A stretch of DNA of 64,000 nt from Eledone cirrhosa (lineage: Eukaryota), in contig OZ024742.1 of NCBI GenBank assembly GCA_964016885.1, positions 312,976,001-313,040,000 of the forward strand, in the 5' to 3' direction. Below, piece after piece: positions 56,657-64,000 of the stretch (positions are counted from its first letter, which is position 1; each line of letters begins with the position of its first letter). Under the pieces are notes generated by a model that saw only the letters and a list, made by a program, of their open reading frames with translations, was not told the DNA's origin and searched no databases. The position numbers and the translations under genes are program-made.

Positions 56657-58848
56657 ACTTTGAATAACTTTGAAATGTTTTGGCCAGTATTGGCCCAGGC
56701 CATGTCTAACTTAATAGCACCACCTGGCGAAGTCTTTCAATTCAGGATTTGGGCACCATGGCCCATTCGAGAAGAGAATTACTGTTTGTGGAGACATATC
56801 CAGGTGTGGGTGGTTTGTCCGGGATTACTTGGAGGAATTTGTCCAAAGACTTCTTGAATTTTGTGTGGTCAGTTTCTGTTTTGACGTGTCCTGGTGTGAT
56901 GTTGAAGAGAGCAGGGCCGATTGAGGTGAAATAATTGTGCCGTATTGTTGTTATGAGTTGCGATTTAGATTTTTGAATGGGACGGATAGCACGGGGCCCA
57001 AGCCTTGGGTGTATCTTGAAGGCGATGCCAACATCAATTGGGCAGTGATGATGGAACATTTTCCACATCATGCAGATAATATAACGCTCACGGCGACGTT
57101 GGAGTGAGTAAAGTTTCAGGTTTTCTAATCGACCCCAGTAGTCAAGGTCTGACATGCCATCTATCTTTTTCGTGATTGCCCTTTGAGGAGCTTCAAGTTT
57201 CATGATACTTTGTTTCGTGTGGGGAGACCACAGTGGACAACAGTATTCAAGGTGTGGTCGGGCGAAAGTAGAGAAGAGAAGGATAATGGTGCGGGAATCT
57301 CTCGACTGGAAGGTTCTGAGGATCCAGGAACACATTCTGCGGGCCATGTCAACTTTGCTGCTTATATGCGTGGTCCAGCTTATGTTGCTGTCCACGGTTA
57401 TTCCCAAGTCTCTGATGTTGTTAGATGCCACGAGAGTTTCCCCGGAGGGAAGGGAGTACGGGAGTTTCAGAGCATCCTCTTTTCCAAAGTGGATTAGTTC
57501 GAATTTGTCTTCGTTCAGTAACATGTTGTTCTTTTCTGCCCATTGGGTAACAGCCAGTAGGTCTGACTGAAGGCTTATCCGGTCATCCACGCCATTGATG
57601 ACCTTTTGGAGCTTGGAATCATCAGCGAAAATTTTAATGTTGCTGTGTTTGATGATGTCAGTGATGTCATTAATATAGATGATGAAGAGAAGTGGGCCCA
57701 ACACAGTGCCTTGTGGGACCCCACTACTGACTTTGGCTGGGCTTGATTTGACTCCCTCAACTACAACATGTTGGGTTCTGTTTGACAGGAAGCTCTTGAT
57801 CCACTGCAGCAGCTTTCCAGTGACACCAATATTGGACAGCTTTCTCAGTAGAATGTTATGATCAACCCTGTCAAAGGCCTTGCTGAAATCAAGGTAGATA
57901 ACATCAGTGTTGGAACCCTCTCCCAAGGCTCTCAAAATGTCATCAAAGTGATGCAGTAGCTGCATCAGGCAATCCCTTCCATTACGGAATCCATGCTGGT
58001 TGGAGTTCAGCATATTGTTACTCTCAAGGAAGTGGGTCATTCGCGATCTCACCACTCGCTCAAATACCTTAATGATATGAGAGGTGAGTGAGATTGGACA
58101 GTAATTCACGGCAAGGGATTTGTTTCCCTTTTTGAAAACTGGGACAACAGACTGGGATAGAAGGTTTTCTGGCACATATCCAGCATCCAGTGAGTTCCGC
58201 CACAGATTAGCAAGAGGAGATGCAAGTTGGTGTTGACACGCCTTCAAGACACAAGCAGGGAACCTATCGGGACCTACTGCTGAATTATGCTTGATTTCCT
58301 TTATTGCCGCCAAGACATCAGGGGCGCCAAACGTTATGTCCGATAAGGTGTAATGGGGAGTAACATCGCCGATACAGCCCAGATCGGCCATATCAGGATT
58401 GCTGAAAACAGAGCAGTATTGTTTCTGCAGTATCTCACCCATGGTTTTAGCATTGTCTTGAAGAGTGCCATTTTCATCAATTAGAGGGCCAACAGTAGAG
58501 CCAGTGATTTTGTGTTTTTTTGCAAATGAAAAGAACACTTTGGGATTGAGTTTGATCTTCTCAATGGCCCAGGCCTCTTCAGCTCTTCTCTGATTGTTGA
58601 TGAGGGACATTATGTTGTTTTGGAGGTTATGTTTTTTAATCTCTAGTGATGAAATGGCAGTCAAGTTGATGTGTTGCTGCTGACAGTATTTCAGCTTGTT
58701 GATTTTTTTGTTCGTTCTCTTAATTTTTCTGATGAGCGTTTTTCTATTTCTAGGGATTCTGCTCTTAGATTTGTTTATAGTTCTTAATGGGGTGTGTTTA
58801 GCACATATGTTTGTAACAGTGTCCACAAATGTCTGCCAGGGCTTTTTG
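56657..58848 (-). mobile_element. 5'-truncated CR1-group LINE with uninterrupted RT ORF2 (56742-58848)
   Basis: [51 protein letters not shown]; short 3' UTR with ggcca/tggcc hairpin and ttcaaagtta x2 end; the ORF N-terminus is translated microsatellite. Confidence 0.92.
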
Positions 58849-59166
58849 ATGTATATATATACATACATATATATATACATACATATATATATACATACAT
58901 ATATATATACATACATATATATATACATACATATATATATACATACATATATATATACATACATATATATATACATACATACATATATACATACATATAT
59001 ATATACATACATATATACATACATACATATATACATATATACATACATACATATATACACATATATATATATATATACATATATATACATATATACATAT
59101 ATATACATATATATACATATATACATATATATACATATATACATATATATACATATATACATATAT

Positions 59167-59197
<31 letters not shown>

Positions 59198-59306
59198 CAT
59201 ATCTATACAAATATATACATATACATATATATATATATATATATCGAGCCCTCTTTGGATTTTAGTCTTCAATTTTATTATTATTACATATATATATATA
59301 TATATA

Positions 59307-59624
59307 GGTTGTGAGTTCAATTCTCAGACCGGGTGATGTGTTGTTTCCTTGAGCAAGACACTTTATTTCACATTGCTCCAGATTACTCAGCTGTAGAAAT
59401 GAGATGCAAAGTGGCCGTGGAGGTGCCACGGCAAAAAAGCACCCAGCTCACACTGTAAAGTGGACGTGTTGGTGCCACGGAAAAAAATCACCCAGCACTC
59501 ACTGTAAATGAGGTTGGTGTTAGGAAGGGCATCCAGCTGTATAAATCAAGCCAGAATCAGTTCCCGTCCCACCATTGCAAGCAGGGAAAAGCGGACGTAA
59601 AATGATGATGATGATGATGATGAT
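59307..59624 (+). mobile_element. 5'-truncated CORE-like SINE with duplicated ~47-bp module
   Basis: ggtgccacgg..aaaa.cacccagc..cactgtaaa occurs twice. Confidence 0.8.
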
Positions 59625-60256
59625 GTTATACTTGGGGAGGGTCATATTTGTGTAATAATATTGCCAGAATTAAAACAGAACACACTCACTGTTTGGTTGG
59701 TTTTCGCTTCTATGTCTTTTATATCGTTAATTTAATTTATTCTGTCCTCAATGTTGCTATTGACTGACCAACAGTCAAAAATACAGATACAATATAAACA
59801 CAAACACATATATATAGTCTATCAAAGTTCTTTCATTGCACATCTGCAACATCGTCAGTGGTGCTATTATGTTTCCTCCCGTTGCATGGTATGCTTTCGC
59901 CATCTTTATTTAGTCTGTTTATTTATTTATTTGTTTATTTATTTATTTATTTTTGTCTTCTCTGCGCATGCGTTTGCGTGTGTGTATAGTGTTTTGTTTG
60001 ATGTGTGTTCTTGTTTGGATCACTGTGTATTGGTTAATGTATTCTATCTTAGTTTACTAGTGTGTGTTTATATGTGTTTGTTGTTATTGTGCTTGTGTAT
60101 GTATTTATTTATTTATTTATTTATACTTCTCTTAGGTCAGTGTTGTTTGTTTGGGTGTTGTTGTTATTCCATTCATTTTTTCTGTTTATATATACATATA
60201 TATACACATATCTATACAAATATATATTTACATATATACATATACATATATATATA

Positions 60257-60579
60257 TCATCATCATCATTTTACGTCCGCTTTTCCCTGCTTACAAGGGT
60301 GGGACGGGAACTTAATCTGGCTTGATTTCTACAGCTGGATGCCCTTCCTAACACCAACCTCATTTACAGTGCGTGCTGGGTGCTTTTTTGCCGTGGCACC
60401 TCCACGACCACTTTGCAGTGGAATGATATGGACCCCAGTCCCTATCATCTCATTTCTACAGCTGAGAAAACTGGAGCAATATTAAATAAAGTGTCTTGCT
60501 CAAGGAAACAACACATCACCCGGTCTGAGAATTGAACTTACAACCTTTCGATTGCAAGGCCAATAGCCATGTGCCTCCA
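60257..60579 (-). mobile_element. tRNA-derived CORE-like SINE
   Basis: Near-identical to 3488-3823 with an A-box deletion. Confidence 0.85.
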
Positions 60580-60790
60580 TATATACATATCTATACAAAT
60601 ATATATATACATATATACATATGCATATATACATACATATACATATATACATACATACATACATGTACATATATACATACATACATGTACATATATACAT
60701 ACATACATGTACATATATATACATACATACATATATACATACATACACACATATATACATGCATACATACATACATATATACATACATAC

Positions 60791-60821
<31 letters not shown>

Positions 60822-60912
60822 CATACATATATATACATACATATACATACATATATATACATACATATACATACATATATATACATACATATACATACAT
60901 ATATATACATAC

Positions 60913-60948
<36 letters not shown>

Positions 60949-62859
60949 ATATGTATATACATATATATATGCTGATGATGATGATGACTATAACAATAAT
61001 AATAATAATAATAATAATATTGACATTGTAACTGTTATGTTTCAGATATTACCAGTTAAGCGCTGTTTCCTGGCATTGCATTGCCAGATTATTATTTTTT
61101 GTTTTGTTTCAATGCAGCAAATGTCTTCAGCTCTATCACCATCTCCATTTCCTTAAAAAACAATCCATTATTTGCCCCATTGAGTCTATTCCTCACTGTC
61201 AGTCACCCACCCAAATAACATAATCTGCCCCCCCCCCCCCACTTAACCCAGCCCTATCTCTCAGCTGTTTATTTATTTATTTTCTTTCTTTTGCACCAGG
61301 TGTGGCCATATTATCGCAACCATTTGGCTAATAAGATAAACATTTCTATATTATCTTGCAGCTCTGATGTAATTTTCTTTATTCTCTTCTGGAAGATAAT
61401 TGTTTTGTTTTGTTGTTGTAGTTATTGTTGTTGCTTTATTCTTTATTCTTTTTCTTCTTTTACTAGTTCAAGTTATTAGACTGTGGCCCTGCTGGAGCAC
61501 TGCTTTGAAGGAATTTTATTTTATCATATCAACCCAAGTGTTTTATTTTTCAAAGTCTAGTACTTATTTTACCAATCTTTTTTGTTGTTGCTGTGAAACT
61601 ACTAAGTTATGAGAAAGACACGTACACAGAAACACACAAAATAATATATATGATGGGCTTCTGCACAGTTTCTATCAACCAAATTTCCCTCACAAGGCAT
61701 TGGTCAACAAAAGGTTATGGTAGAAGACAATTGCCCAAGGTACCATGCAGTGGGATTGAATTTGTAACCATGCAGTAGAGAAACAAACATCCTAACCACA
61801 CAGTAAAGTCTGTATATTTATTTACCTACATCCTTTCACATCTTCTGTTACCTTATCCTGGAACTCTTTTGTGACCCTAGTTCTAATGAAATTCACTCAA
61901 TTAATTAATAGAGAATTATAAGAAATTTACTAAAATCATTTAATTATTTTGTTACTAAAATAGTAACTTAATATATACTTCTTATATAAAATTCTTGGAG
62001 GATTTTAATTCGAATCCTTTATAATCAGTGGTTTCATTTCATAAAACAAAAGCCAGTTTGGGGCAGGTTGGCATCAAAAGGGTTAATCAATAGATTTGAT
62101 GTTTCACACTGGTCTCATGGGAATAAATTCTTTCAGTTTATACCCATTGCTACAATTTATAAAGTGGCTAGTATCATGATAAAATGTATGTAGTATGCCC
62201 TGGAAAGTGGTTGGTGCTGGGAAGGGCGTCAAGTCATAAACTTCTTAATGAAAAAGGTAGAGAGGATCCTTCAATCACGTTAAATATATACCAACCTCTT
62301 GAATGCTGATATCATGATACAATGAACCTAGAAATGCTGTAAAGTGGTTGCTATTAGGAAGGACATCTAACCATAGAAACCATGCCAAAAATGGCAGAGA
62401 GGACTCTTCAGTCACATTAAAGAGACACCAAACCTTCCAAGTGCTGATACCATGATAAAATGCATCCAGTACACTCTGTAAAGTATTTGGTGTTAGGAAG
62501 GACATTCAGCCATAGAAATCTGACCAAAACTGGAATGTATGCAAGCAAGACAACCCCTACCCACTGGCTGGTCTATAAGAACAGTAGTAGCTCCACTTAA
62601 ATACCAACTTCGGATATCCTATCCAAACCATGTCAGCATAATGATGATAATGATGATAATTGAACTATCATCTATCTACCAGTTTTTACAACCTAATCCA
62701 AGTTCAATATTTAAACATATACATACACACATATAAAAGTGAGTATTTTTCTATTTCTCTTATTATCAGTTCTTCAATATCCCATTTTTTACGATGGTAT
62801 GGTTGAAAAGAATCTAATTAATGTAAAGAACATTATTGTTTGTTTTTTCATTATTGTGA

Positions 62860-63320
62860 GGTCAACATCCTGAGAATTTCACATATTTTCACCTTTCTTT
62901 GGTTCCTCTATTGGCAGTTCATGGCACATAGATCTTCACATATATTCCCCAATTTTGAGTACCACCATTGGCAGTCCAACTTCCTGAGATTTCCATATAT
63001 TTTTTCTCTTTCTTGGGTACCTCCATTGGCAATCCATAGAAGTGAGATCTTCACATATCTTCCCATTTTTGGGGTACCTTCATCGGCAGTCCAACATCCT
63101 GAGATTTTCACATATCTTTCTCTGTTTTGGGTACATTCATTGGCAGTCCAACATCCTGATATTTTCACATATTTTCCCCTTTTTGGGGTATCTCTATTGG
63201 CAGTTCTCAGCACTGAGATCTTCACATATCTTCTTTTTTGGCTACCCCCATTGGCAGTCCAATATCCTGAGATATTCCTATATCTTTCTCTTTCTTGGTT
63301 ACCTTCATCGGCAATTCACA
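62860..63320. repeat. Diverged 57-bp minisatellite, about 8 units
   Basis: t(t/c)ggca(g/a)t(c/t)c at 62911, 62968, 63026, 63083, 63140, 63197, 63251 and 63308. Confidence 0.85.
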
Positions 63321-63827
63321 GCAAATGTTTCACCCTGCATTCCTTACCCATTTGCATCAGAAGCCAATGCAGTCATCTTTTGCACATTGCACCTATTCCA
63401 GCCTGTGTGGTTGCACAAATTCATTGAAATATTGGAATCACAGTTCTCCTCAATCAGAGTTGACCATTTTGAAATGTTTATAATTTTTAAATGAATTTCT
63501 ACTAAAAGATCAATTAAGCACATATCTTCTCAAGGAGGTAGGAGAGTTTCTCTTCTTATTTAAAATTCTTTAATTTATATTAAGTTACGTCCTTTAGAAA
63601 GTCCCAAGTAATTTCCAGTTGCATTGATCAGCACATTTGAGCACTAAGAATAAAATTACATTACACAATATTTCACTTAGACTGTGTATCCGAGGAAATA
63701 ATATATATTTCTAATGTAACGAGGAATCCAATGTAATTTAGAAATTTTTCTGTCACCCATGGTTTTAATGCTTCAAAATAACAAGAGCTATGAAGCAGCA
63801 AAAAAAGCTTGCTCTAAAACCCATTAA

Positions 63828-64000
63828 CCCTTTAGCATTCACATTACTCTATATATACTATTATATTTTCATGGTAAAGGCTTTACCTCGCATAATTATC
63901 TCAGATAATATCGAATCTATGAGATTTTGAAAGTATTTATTTTGAGAACAATACCTTAACAACAGTATGAGTGGCCAGTTTCAACAGAAAGAGCTAGAGA
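63828..64000. mobile_element. piggyBac-type MITE cut by the window end
   Basis: TTAA|CCCTTTAGCATTC; reverse complement of about 35147-35328. Confidence 0.75.

Noticed and set aside
62860-63320. Recurrent in-frame TGA suggesting a selenoprotein repeat
   Set aside because: Arises from the repeated motif itself; no SECIS or coding evidence seen

Overview
Very AT-rich, microsatellite-saturated animal DNA. The repeat complement (tRNA-headed CORE-like and Nin-like SINEs with RTE-type tails, long (TA)n/(CA)n tracts) suggests an octopus or other coleoid cephalopod; this is inference only. No host gene can be confidently called; there is one weak 62-bp exon candidate. Nearly all long ORFs in the track are translated simple repeats. 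The recognisable content is mobile DNA: at least four coding Penelope-like element (PLE) remnants (RT and/or GIY-YIG; Neptune-, Nematis- and Hydra-like), many non-coding PLE pseudo-LTR (pLTR) pieces in inverted arrangement, CR1-, RTE- and RLE-type LINE 3' ends, a DD37D (maT) transposon, Tc1/mariner and piggyBac-type MITEs, two non-autonomous Helitrons, SINEs, and a 6.7-kb GGT/GAT array with higher-order structure. The main hidden signal is about 15 hammerhead-ribozyme (HHR) motifs found by eye. They belong to several unrelated non-coding families and include minimal forms with palindromic loop III, compensatory core variants, helix covariation between copies, and forms with a ~100-115-nt extended helix II. 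They lie within numerous inverted repeats (58 bp to about 3 kb per arm) inserted at (TA)n. All motif calls and coordinates were made by eye and are approximate at element edges.
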